From NCBI GenBank assembly GCA_964016885.1, contig OZ024742.1, positions 114,142,001-114,206,000 of the forward strand: 64,000 nucleotides of DNA, given 5' to 3'. How positions within the stretch are numbered: the first letter of the stretch is position 1; each line of letters opens with the position of its first letter. Position numbers and translations under genes: made by a program. Origin of the DNA: Eledone cirrhosa. Lineage: Eukaryota. The notes beneath the pieces are model-generated. The model was not told where the DNA came from and made no database searches. It saw nothing but the letters and a program-made list of their open reading frames with translations. Shown here in pieces: positions 42,009 to 55,777 of the stretch.

Positions 42009-42749
42009 TGGTAAACGGAATAGAAAATGCTGACAAATTGTTCACAGTTGAAAAATAGTTTAATTAGGAATAAAAGAGTATTAGTAATTGTATGGTTTAG
42101 TATTCAGTTGTGGTTTTAAGTTTTTAAAGTTTTTACCGGTTGCGCATTTCTAAATGCTTTTCAAAAATAATTTAGAGATAGAGTGTCCGTGTTGTTTGCT
42201 CTGATCTGATTAGTTTTGGGAATTCTACCTGTTTTTATGTTAAAAAAGTGGCTCCAGCGCTGCTTTGGAGTTGCAAAAATTCTTGTGGTCAAAACAATTT
42301 TGATTGGTCGGTAGAGGTCATGTGAATGTAAAAAATTGATTTTGCGCCAAGACTGTTTCTATGTTTAAAAAGTGGCTCCAGCGCTACTTGGTGTTGCAAA
42401 AATTATTGGGGTCAAAACAATTTTGATTGGTCGGTAGAGGTCATGTGAATGTAAAAAAATGATTTTGCGCCAAGACTGAGAAATGACTCTTTTACAACAA
42501 ATGTGTGTGTGTGTGTGTGTGTGTAGTAGTAGTAAAGTGTTCGATGTTGTGATAATGGTTAGCAGGGATGTGTGTGCGAACCGCAGCCTGTTGACAGTTC
42601 AAATGGATATTAAGATAAGTGTGCGTGTGTGTGTATATATAGCAGAGTAATTCGTGGTAGCGGGACGGTCAGTAGGAATGTGTCTGTAAGCAGTGGGGGG
42701 GTATTTTAGCATGTTAAAATATATTTTTCAGCTTTTGTCTTATACGGAG

Positions 42750-42784
<35 letters not shown>

Positions 42785-45700
42785 AGTCTCTTTGTATGTT
42801 AATGTACGCGTGTGTATGTGTGTGTGTGTGTATATATGTATGTCTGTGTGTGTGTGTGTGAGAATGTGTGTGTGGAGAGGGATGGACCAGTAGTGTTTTA
42901 CCCCTGGTAAAATGGTGTACATTATTCGATATTTTCAGTAAAATCGGTTCTCTTAACAGAACATCAAAAATCATAACAATAAAAGGTGTGAAATGATATT
43001 CACTATATATATATATATATATATACATAGATTCACTATATATATATAAATATACACATATATGTTTTTGTGTTGCACCATAGAGCATGTGTGTTTACGT
43101 ATGTCATTGTGTTTATATGTGGGTAGAGATATGTGCTGATGTAGGTATGCATGTTGACGTGTATATGTAGTGGGTTCGTCTTAGGGAGAAGTGTTTAGAC
43201 GGGGTCCGTGTTTGTTAATAAAGTAAGATTCCTTGCTGATGCGCTGGGTGTGGGTGGCATTATCTTTAAATTTGTAGGGGGGAAACATTCTGAAGTTGGG
43301 ATGATTTTGGGCGGCACAGGTATCAATGTCTTCACTCAGTGGTATTTTCCTGTATTCCCGTATTTTAATTTGGGATCTATGGACAGTCATGCGTTGGCGG
43401 ATGCTGTTTTTGGTCTGGCCTATGTATTGTTCTCGACAACCTGAGCAAGTTAATACATATATTAGATTTTCCGATGCACATGTGAAATTGTGTTTTACTA
43501 TAAAACGTTGTCCTTCTTTGAAATAGAATTCCGAACCCTCTATTAGGTTGATGCAAATGCCACAGTTGGGTCTATCGCATTTGTTCACTGTGGATTTCGT
43601 TGTTGTGGTTGGCAGTACTTTGGCATGGGTTAGGATGTTTATCATTGACTTGGATTGTCTTTGCTCTTTATGATATCGTGTGTTCGTAGGATTTGGTTCA
43701 TTCTGTGGTCCTTTTTCGACACACGGATGTTCTGGAGGATGGTGTCAAAGGCCTCATTGTTGAGGGGCTTGTGTGTGGAGATGTATGGAAGCGCTGTTAG
43801 TTTCAGTTGATTTACTTTAGGGTGTCTAAGGTCCTGGGTACTGAGTTTTAGGGCACGTTGGATTCCATTGTCAATTAGTGATGCAGGGTAGTCTCTGCCT
43901 ATGAGTGTGTCCTTTAGTTCTTGTAGCCGTAAGTAGCAGGTGTTTTTATTGGAGACTATAGTACGGATTCTCTTGGCTAAGTTGTAGGGAATATTAATTT
44001 TAACGTGTCTAGGGTGGCAAGAGTTGAAAGGAAGATATTGCTTGGAGTCTGTGGGCTTGTAGTATATGTCTGTTTCTATTTATTTGTTATGGATCTTAAT
44101 GAGGATGTCGAGGAAGGGGAGTTGTTGATGACTGTATTCCATCGTGAAGTTAATATTCGTGTTGAGCCCATTTATAAGGGTGTGAAATTCTTTAAGTTTT
44201 TCGATGTTTTCGTGCCAAAGGATGAAGCATTCATCTAGATATCGCTTCTAGTTCCTTTCAATGTGTAAGTGGAGAGTGTTTCCAAATTTGTTTAGGACTT
44301 TAGTGCAGAGGGTGATTTCCAGGTATCCCATGACTAGGTTGGCATAAGTGGGGGCTGTTTTTGTTCCCATAGCGTTTCCAGATTTCTGCCTGTAGGGTTT
44401 GTTATTGAAAACGAAGTAATTGTTCTCCAAGAAAAATTTGAGTCCCTCTATCACGAATTCTTTTTTGATGCGTTGTGGGAGTTCATTGTGTTAATTATCC
44501 AGCCAGAATTGGATAGCTTCTTTTCCTAGGTTGTGGGGGATGTTGGAGTATAGGTTGACTACATCGAGCGTCACTAGTAGGGTTGTTCAGAAAGTGGCAT
44601 ATTAGGGAGGTGATTGAGCATATCTAGGTCGTCCCTTATATAGCTTTTGATGTGTTTGAGAAAGGGCTTGAGAAGGGTATCAATGAAGTTGCTAAGGCGT
44701 TGGGTTTCGCAAGCGGGGCCTGTTATTATAGGTCTTAATTTGAGATCATTGGGTGAGGGAACATTGATGACTATGTCTGTGGCTTCCTTGCATGCCTTAA
44801 TTATTAATTCGCTTTTGTGAAGTCTGTGATGAAGCTGAATTCCTTGTTAGTGAGTCCTTCTTTGTATTGGTTGATTAGAGTTTTTAGGTTTCTCATAATT
44901 TTCTGTTGATTGTAGTGTTCAGCCTTTTCGTAGTATGTTTCGTTTTCCAAAGTGGAGAGCGCTAAGTTGATATAGAATTCTGTCTCCATTAGGACTACTG
45001 TACTCCCTTTATCAGCCTCTTTAATTGTAATGGTTCTGCGGTTTTAATCTATTTAATTCTTCCCATTCTTTCTTGTTGAGGTTTGGCTTGTGTTTTTGTC
45101 TGTGCAAGTGTTGATAAGGGAAGTTTGTGATGTGTTCACAGAATTCGTCCAGGATTTTATTTCTCCCTTTTGAAGGGATGTAATTACTTCTATTTCTGGC
45201 TAATGATTCATCCTCATTGTACTGGTCGAATAGTTGTTCACTAAGTCGTAACTTTCTACAGAAGTCTGTGATGTCTTCCTTCATTTCATAATTGTTAGGA
45301 CATAGTGGGGTCGGTGTGAATTTAAGACCTTTGGAGAGTATGTTGATACGGTTGGGTGTTGGTTCAGCACTAGTAAGATTGATAATTGTTATTACTATCG
45401 GTTTCTCCTCCCTGTCTTCTGTTATTTTGTTTGCCTGTATATGTGTGCTGTGTCTAAAACATGGTTGGGGTAGAGGGGTTGTCTGCTGATGTTAAGTGGT
45501 CTCCTGTTTGTTATATTCCTTGTTGTTGTAAAATGTGGTTCGGGCTGGTGGTTGTAGATTGAATGGGGTGTTCCTGTATTGCGAGTAAGGGTGTGTGTTT
45601 CTATGTGCCATGTTGTATTGTGGTGTTATAAGTGGCCTACGTTGTTGGTTGTATCGTGTGGTGTGGGTTTGTTGTGTATTGTTGAAGCGAGAGTTGAGAA

Positions 45701-46770
45701 AATGGTAATTACCTTGCTGTCCCCTTGAAGCGGGGAAGTTGTTACATCTATCATGGTGGTGGTATCTTTTCCCTATGTTTGACGATGAGGCATCCGCGTA
45801 GTAGTTGAATGAATGGTATGGTGTCTCCTTGAAGGGGGAAAGTTGTAAATGTCATTCTGGAGGAGATGATTTCTTGGGTTTTTGTTCCTTCTTATGGTAG
45901 CGAGGTTGGGAAGTTCATCTTCGGTGTGGTGCTTCCTTCTTCGTTTGTTAGTGGCTTGGGGGTTTGAGACGTTGTTGTGCGGTTCAGTTATGGGTTTTCC
46001 TATTTTTATGAACGGGTTATTGGAGGTGTAATCCGTTTGAAAAGTCGATTCATAGTGTAGGAACCCAACGGCACTTTTTTCCCAGCGTTGAAGGGATTTC
46101 AGTTCTTCTCTGTTGCAGTCCCCTTTCCATAATTTGGAGATTTTCTCTACCTTTGGGCCTTCAGTTTTATTGTTGATTTCCAGGAGGATCTCTTCAACGA
46201 TGGTTTTGTTTTTTCCTCATTTGTCTGGGCCCTCAGTTTAAGAAGTTCAATTTCTGTCTTCATTTTTTTCCAATGCCATTCTTTCCCTAAGGTGTCTTTG
46301 AGGTTCGGGTTCATTTGGAATGGACTTTATTTGTAGTTTACGGGGGAGAGTTAGAGGGGTTGAGTTAAGCCATTTTTCATATATCTCCGCTTTGTTGTGA
46401 TTTTGTATCATCTTCTGGAATGAGAACTTTCTGTCTCTGAGGGATTTGTTCCATTTTGGAATTGTTCGAATTTTCATTCTTTTTTAATCAATCTCACATG
46501 GTTGTTCGTTGGTTTTTCCTGGGTTGGTAGTAGTGAACATAGTTTGGATAGTATCGCAAAGGTTTTGGAGTTTGTCGCCGATTTCGGAGGGCTTGTATCC
46601 GGTGGCGGTTTCCTTATTTGTGGAGTCAAGTTTGTCGACCAGCAAAGATAGGTTGGTGTTGATTTTCTTGAGTTCCTGTAGGATCTCTTCATTTGTGTTG
46701 ATGAGGGTTGTATCCGTTTTTGTTGGCATTTTCTGTATCTCGTGTGAGGATATGATAGTTAAAAGTATAT
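42007..46770 (-). mobile_element. Near full-length decayed Penelope-like element (Cys-rich linker, Neptune-like); pseudo-ORF 43181-46729
   Basis: DFCRKLRL, ADKG, LRPIITGP, TLDVVNLYSNIPH, QKSGNAMGTKTAPTYANLVMG, RYLDE, PFLDIL, KCDRPNCGIC and NLIYVLTCSGCREQYIGQT. A ~123-bp tandem duplication (42238-42478) lies in the 3' UTR. Confidence 0.88.
42130..42168 (-). ncRNA. Hammerhead remnant, U3-A8 variant (GAAA changed to GCAA)
   Basis: Minus strand: TTT TTGAAAA GCATTT-AG-AAATGC GCAA CCGG TA AAA, 3' of the PLE ORF on the same strand. Confidence 0.55.
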
Positions 46771-47119
46771 ATATATATAGAGAGAGAGAGAGCGAGAGAG
46801 AGAAAGAGAGAGAGAGACAGAGAGAGAGAGATATTTCTGTGTATGTGTGTGCATGAGTTCTTGTGGGTGAGCAGCAAGAATCCAGTAGTCCAAAATGAAA
46901 AGAAATTCTAATGTATCAACGAATAGGTAATGGATGAATTTGTGTCTCTTGCTTCAAATAAATTATTTATATACCTAACGCAGAAAAGATATCTTCTTGA
47001 AAATCCAATTAATCTTATGCTAAAGAGGTGTGTTTGTGGATAACCTCATTGCTCTTCTTTTTCTATCTATGACTAACACGCCTGTGTAGTTTGACAATAA
47101 GAGAAACTATAATATCTAA

Positions 47120-47296
47120 TAATTGTTTCTATTTTAGGCACAAGGCCAGCAATCACCCAGTATATTACTGGTACTATATGTTATCGACCCCGTAAGGATG
47201 AAAGGCAAAGTTAACCTCGGCCGGATTTGAACTCAGATCGGAAAGGGACGTACCTATGCATGAAAGCATGTCCGACCATCTACCGATACTACCAAT
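47120..47296 (-). mobile_element. SINE copy 5
   Basis: GGCACAAGGCCAG...TTATCGACCCCGTAAGGATGAAAGGCAAAGTTAACCTCGG...GGATTTGAACTCAG. Confidence 0.85.
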
Positions 47297-47920
47297 GTTG
47301 CTAAAGGGTACATGTGTAAATATACATACTGCATAATATCAAACATGGATAAACGCTTACTGGATTTTAAAAAAAAAGTACGTGATTGGTTACACCATGT
47401 TACAATACATCTGCTGCATACGGTTGAATTGGAGTTAAGTGACATCCCAGGGACTTTGAGTTATTCCTACTAGACGATGACAAATAGTGTTTAATTACAA
47501 TCATATGAAAGACCGTAAGATACCAATCTACGTAGAATTGAATGTATACATCTTAAATTTGATAAGATATGAAATTTAGTGTGTTCAATATAGCAGAGAA
47601 ATATACAATATAATATAGACAGACTACATAGTTTCATTTTGAATGATGCATATCTATCACTACAACAGACATTAGGCCAGTGTGATGGCTTATGACAGAA
47701 AATTGTAAAAACATGTTATAACGCATAATGCAAACAGGAACATATCTCAAACCGCTCAGATATAAGCATAGACAAGCGCACCTTGAACATAAAAATCCCC
47801 AACATATTATTAGCCTGAATACTAACGTTGTACACCGGTTAAGTTGTACACATCTTACGGTGCAATTGAACACATTCAATTGCACCGTAAGAAGAGTACT
47901 ATTTATTTGATAAGCAAGCG

Positions 47921-48005
<85 letters not shown>

Positions 48006-49311
48006 TAGCACACTGGAAGATAATATCCGTAGTGGTAGAGCACTCAGTCCATGGGACGAGTTTGGTAGTAACACAACAGTTCGTTCACCATACCGAGAAC
48101 AACTGTTTCACGCAGATAGATAGATAGATAGATAGAAAAATATGCCTATATTGTTTTTCCTGTTGTTTTACTCGACAGACTGCAGACAAGAGAATTAGAA
48201 CACGGTTTAGGATTATAAAACCTCCGAATCATTCGACATTTCTCTGTTAGTACACTCGAATGTTATGCCATACTTATTTCCAATAAGTCTATGGGCAAGG
48301 CATTATTCGAGAAGTCGTCTGTATAGTAAATATGAATATGTTTGTGTCACAATTGTGTATTACAGTGAGGACAATATTTTCATCTACACTGTCCATGTAA
48401 TTAGTAGACCTATTTTAACACTAATGGTGTTTAAAATCAATGAACAACGACAAGCGAACTGACATGAAAAAAATTGATTTAATTAAACATCTCTGCATAT
48501 CGAAATACAGGAAATGTCCATTTCATGCAACGGATGAACATAACTGAATTATAATATTCTTTTCTGTTTCAATGTTTTCCTTATCTCACCCTATGACGCA
48601 GTTGAGATATAAAGATATAAAGAGTAGACTGGAGTGTTGAATATTCCCTTCATTTCCACTTTCTGTATTTTCATTATTTAGTTTTCCCTTTTGTTCTCTA
48701 TTAGAAATAGATATGGAAATGAAGTTAAATTTTAAGTAGATATCAAGGAATTAATTCCTTTCATGAATTTATATTTCATTTTAAAAATTTAGAAAATTTA
48801 AGATTTATTGCACTCATATAACTGCAGGGTAATCATTTTTTTTTCTTTTTTTTTTGTGACCGGTAGCAACAAATCCTGTATCAGCAAATCATGTATTTCT
48901 GATGTAAATTGATAAGTGTTAGACATTAAATACTTATATTAAGTAACAAGATAGCGTGACAAGATACTTCATGTGAATATTATGATAGAGAAACAGCTGG
49001 TGAACAAGTAGTATCAATAATATAGTGTTTAGTTAAGGTATATCAATGAATGTCAAAGAAAGGGAAGGCATGAGGCTGAGAAAGGGATGGTCCCAGAATG
49101 AGAGAGGCGGCATCTTGATGGACTCTTCAGAATCATGCAACCAAGAAAATGTGTGTAGGCTTGGCAAAATATTTCAGAAAAATATCATTATCTTCAATAC
49201 GTATTCAAACTTACATTATGATAATTCGGGAATATTCATTTTACCATACCATCTTTTCCACTAATATGCTGTGAACGAGTTTTTTAGATGGGAACTCTAT
49301 TTCGTTCTAAT

Positions 49312-49485
49312 GGGGGCGGTGGATTGGTAATATTGGCAGAGAGTCGGACGCCGTGCTTTGCTTCATAGAGTTAGGCTCTTTACGGTCTGAGTTTAAATTT
49401 GCCTTTCATCGTTACGGGGCCAATAAACTCCAGTAATACTCAGGGGTAATTGATGGCCTTGTGCCAAAAATGGAAAAATTATTTA
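49312..49485 (+). mobile_element. SINE copy 6 (internal deletion)
   Basis: GGGGCGGTGGATTGGTAATATTGGCAGAG head, then TTTGCCTTTCATCG and GGCCTTGTGCCA tail. Confidence 0.75.
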
Positions 49486-49551
49486 ATTTTTTTTTTATAC
49501 ATCTCTATATGAGAATACATGTGGGAAGAGCGATGACCTGCAGTAAAGCAA

Positions 49552-49597
<46 letters not shown>

Positions 49598-49708
49598 GTT
49601 TTTATATGTATAAAGCCAAAACAATGCAGGTAAGGATATATAATAAAGAATGCAAATGCAAAAGATATTGTTGACAATTAGTCTTTTACCTTAGATTTAT
49701 TTAAATGT

Positions 49709-49743
49709 CCTTAATTTTCGAGATAATATCTCTTCTTCGGAGG
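49709..49743 (-). ncRNA. Minimal hammerhead, CCGAAGA core
   Basis: Minus strand: CCT CCGAAGA A GAGAT-ATT-ATCTC GAAA AT TA AGG, just 3' of the PLE fragment. Confidence 0.6.
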
Positions 49744-49829
49744 GAAGTAAAGCGGTTAAACCAGTGTTCTAAATAGCTTGCCAAGTCATGCTGATAGGAA
49801 ATGGTATAGGGTATCTGTTGTATCTCTAA

Positions 49830-51030
49830 TGTAAAAGAGTTAAGGTTAGGTGGATAAAGAGTACTCTCCCTGTATAAGGGTGTTTTTGCATTTAACTAGG
49901 TGTTTCTTAAATAAGGAAGCGTTAGTGTTGAGGTGTTCTTTTATTCTTATGTGGAGTGGTTTGGTGGTGCTACCTACGTAGACGTTGCTGCATTTGTCGC
50001 ACTCTAGTTTGTATACGACGTAAGACTGGTGATATAGGTCTGTGTGGTTGACGGGGCAGTTGGCTAGCCTGCAGTGGTATGTCCGTCGGATGGAGGCCGT
50101 AGCAGTGGATGTCCTCTGCGACCACGCAGTCCTTCAATAAATCGACAGCTGGATGAGCTGGGACTGTAGAGTAGAGGGAGACAACGTCGAAGCTAGAGGC
50201 GTATCTATTTAGTTTAAGTTGTTCTGGCTGGAGTTGGTGTAGTCTACGTATAACTTCGTCGGAGCTACTGACGTGCCCGGGAAAGGTGGAGAGTAGAGGC
50301 TTGAGGATCTGGGAGAGGAGCCAGGAAATGTTGTATAGGGGGTCCTCCTATGCTAGAGACGATGGGACTTATTCGTGTCTTAGTACTGTTCTTGTGGGTC
50401 TTGATGAGGTGGTAGAAAGTGGGCAGTCTGCTATTTCTAGTAGTGTAGTAGAGCTTAACCTTATTTGGGAGTTGTCTTCTCCTACAGATGTCGAACCAGA
50501 TGGAGTTGGTCTGTTTTTCGATCTGGGCTACAGTCATGTCCGGGATCTCTGTATATGGTTCATTGTTGCTTAGGTGTTCAAGGGCTAGGTTGTTGTATGT
50601 GGCTTGAGAGATGACGCAAAATTCTTTACCTTTGTCGGATGGTAAGTATATAATTTCTTTATACCGTAGGTTCTTCAGCGAGCAACAACTCCAGGACAAA
50701 ACAACTCGCCCTGAAGAACCTACGGAATAGGGAACTTATATACTTACCATCCGACAAAAGGTAAAGATATTTGCGCCATCTCTCAAGCTACATACAACAA
50801 CCTAGTCTATGAACACCTAAGCGACAATTAACTATATACAGAGATCCCGGACATTACTGCAGCCCAGATCGAAAAATAGACCAACTCCATCTATTTCGAC
50901 ATGTGTAGGAGAAGACAGCTCCCAAATAAGGTTAAGCTCAACTACACCACTAGAAATAGCAGACTGCCCAATTTCTACCTCCTCATCAAAGATCCAAAAG
51001 AAAAGTACTAAGACGCAAATAAGACCCAAA
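49830..51030 (-). pseudogene. Internally deleted Penelope-like element (minus 49830-50690) with an inverted 5' copy (plus 50712-51030)
   Basis: YLPSDKG, LPTFYHLIKTHK, PIVSSIGGP and SFDVVSLYSTVP, then a direct jump to VVYKLECDKCSNVYVGSTTKPLHIRIKEHL. Confidence 0.85.
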
Positions 51031-51097
51031 TAAGACACAAATAAAACCCTATTACATGTGCGACCATTTTTCTTAGAACTGGACATTTTTCATAGAA

Positions 51098-52641
<1,544 letters not shown>

Positions 52642-52744
52642 AAGGCATGTATTGAGTTAGAAACTCAGAATAGTTTCTTGATTCATTACAATTTGAACAC
52701 ATACATGTATATGTCTGTGTTCCTTTTTCTTTTTTGTTCTGATA

Positions 52745-52808
<64 letters not shown>

Positions 52809-52881
52809 ATATATCTATATGTATATATATAATAGTAATAATATTAATAATTAAAAACATAATAATACAAATAATAATAAT

Positions 52882-54130
52882 GTTTTCTTTATTAACCACA
52901 AGGGTTCACATAAAGTAAACATTAAGGACAGTACAGGACAATACAGGACGGTACAAATGGGCATATCTGCGTGGAAAAAAAACAGATGATGTAATAAAAG
53001 AACAAAGAAAAGATTCCCCAATAGGGGGGAGACTTCCGAGGGACATTTGTGGAGAAAGCCCATTAAAAGACCACAGTGACCCTGACCACCAGGGCAATTG
53101 CCCTCTCCCAGTTTTCCACCTTTAATTTACAGACACATACTCAGAGTAGGCCGATTCATTCGGGCCATACTTGCCTCTCTCACCCATCTTTCAACAAAAT
53201 GCTGGGAAGAGACCACTTCCCTCTCTACCCTGATTTTCGTTTTCAAATGAAATTTGAAAAAGTTATTCAGGGCATCACCGAAGATGTAAGTGCTCGTCTT
53301 CAGCCCTTTCAAACGTGTCCACCATACTATCTCTTTCGCCATGGCCACTAGACAGATAAAAACTGCCTGCCGTTCCTGGCTAAAGGAAGAGGGCGCGGCA
53401 ATCCTCACGATGGACTCAGCTGATAGCTGGATCCGTCCTACACGCGACAGCAGATGTTCGACATAAACCCACATGTCAGCAATGCTCGGACACTGGACGA
53501 GTGCGTGCAGGACGGTTTTGTCGCCCTGCGTGCAGCTCGGACATGCCCGGCTGACGGTACCTCCATGCCTGTAGAGTTTATTCCGAACTGGCAAACTCCT
53601 CGGTAGCGCTGCCAGGCCAGGGATTTCTGTAAGTTGTCCATAGGCCCCGGCCCGAAAGTCCTTCCGAAGAGATAGGCTAGTTGATTTTCGTCGACGCCTA
53701 CAGTTTCTCTAAGTACGTCGTCGCTCTTCCCCTCCACTAATCCTCTATAGAACGCCAAGGTGGCGTTCCCACCGATCACATTGCCCGATTGGTCGAGGGC
53801 TGTGAGGGCCTGAAGACATTCCAGTCTCCAAGCGCCCTCTCTCGGTCTTCGCTTGACCCAGGACTGCAGGTCCGTCAAGGAGACGAGCTGGGGAAAGACG
53901 TGTCTAGCAAACGGCGACCACGGCTGATCACCGTGGAGGAAGAGGTAGAGATGTCGAAGCCTGAGCGCGTGTCTGCGCATCAACAGCCACGGCATACCCA
54001 GCCCCCCACGTAGCGGTGGTTGACAGCAGATGGACCGCCTGACCATCGGAGCGCGTCTGATCCGCAAAAAGCGAAAGAGCAAACGCTCCAGCGCAGTCAG
54101 GCGGGGCTTAGGACAAGGTAGAACGGTCAG
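52882..54130 (-). mobile_element. Tx1/L1-clade LINE, 5'-truncated copy
   Basis: RGGLGMPWL and the C-terminal CCHC CPSCTQGDKTVLHALVQCP; homologous to 55534-56775; 3' end abuts (AAT)n. Confidence 0.85.
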
Positions 54131-55480
54131 AATAGGATCGATGCCATAACCACGCTTGCCATACCAGTAGTAACCTACAGTTACAATGTCAGCAACTGGT
54201 CAAGCACAGAGATCCGTAGGCTCGATACAATAATTAGAAATTGCTTAACCATGCACAGAGTGCATCACCCTAAGGCAGATACAGATATAATATATCTCCC
54301 TGGGAAAGAAGGTGGGCGTGGGTAATCCAGTTAGTTATTGCATTGAAAACTGCAACAATTGGATTATCTACATATCTAAGGGAATCACATGATTGGCTGA
54401 TCAAACTCGTTTTGAAACACGAAAGCATCAAAATATCATACTCCATGACAAAAGATGCACAAATATACAGTAATGGACTACACATTTCAGAAGTTTTATT
54501 TACTGCTGAAATGGAAAACACGGAAAAAGCAAAGCAGGTAAAAGTATCTCCAAAGAAAGGACTGCTCCATAAACTGGCTAAGAAATGGCAAGAAAAGCCT
54601 CTGTATGGAAAATACCCAGAGCGAGCTAACAATCCTGATGTTGACAAAACTTTAACCCATCAGTGGTTGGCATCCTCTGGACTGAAATCGGAGACTGAAG
54701 GACTGATTATATCAGCACAAGATCAGTGTCTGCCAACACAAAATTACCATGCCAACATAATAAAAAAATGGATGCAACTCATTATGCCGTGTATGTAAAA
54801 AACCACCAGAGACCATTGATCATATAATATCAATGTGCAGTCCTATAGCTCCAACCGAATTCCTAAACATGCATGACAGAGCTGCATAATACATACATTG
54901 GATAATGTGTAAGCATTTTGACCTGCCCCATCAAAAGAATTGGTGGGAGCTTCAACCACCTCCCATACTTGAAAAATATCACATCTCAATCTTGTGGAAA
55001 AGACCGACAAATAGATGCAAATAGACCTGATATAATACTGAAGAACTTTAAAAAGAGGGTATGCAAGCTAATTGATATGTCCGTTCCAATAGACAAGAAT
55101 GTATCTATAAAAACATTTGAAAAAGTGAGCAAGTATAAGGACCTGGTGATAGAAATTCGAAAAATGTGGAAATTGAGAACTAAAACAATACCAGTGGTTG
55201 TAGGCGCTCTAGGAATGATACCTAAGGGGTCTAATGATTACTTATCGCAAATCCCAGGAAACCCGCGTATAGGAGAAATACAAAAGATAGTACTAATGGG
55301 AACTGCCCATATACTAATGAAGATTCTGTCAACATAAGTACATCACTAGTCTAAACACCTAAAGATGCATGTGTGTGTATGTATGTTCTCTCTTGAATAT
55401 GGCGGACCTTGTTGTCTCTTGAGGTCACTGGTTGTGACTTGGTGATAACTCGTATGACATAAAGCAGGATTAATGCAACT

Positions 55481-55481
<1 letters not shown>
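54131..55481 (+). mobile_element. R4/Dong-clade LINE (RLE), 5'-truncated and frameshifted
   Basis: LKSETEGLIISAQDQCL, RPDIIL, IDMSVP and KYKDL; ends in (TAA)n. Confidence 0.88.
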
Positions 55482-55534
<53 letters not shown>

Positions 55535-55777
55535 TTTTCTTTATTAACCACAAGGGTTCACATAAAGTAGACATTAAGGACAGTACAGGACAATACAGGA
55601 CGGTACAAATGGGCATTTCTGCGTGTAAAAAAAGCGGAGGTTGAAATAAAATAACAAAGAAAAATTCCCCAATAGGGGGGAGACTTCCGAGGGACATTTG
55701 TGGAGAAAGCCCATTAAAAGACCACAGTGGCCCTGATCACCAGGGCAAGTGCCCTCTCCCAGTTTTCCACCTTTAAT

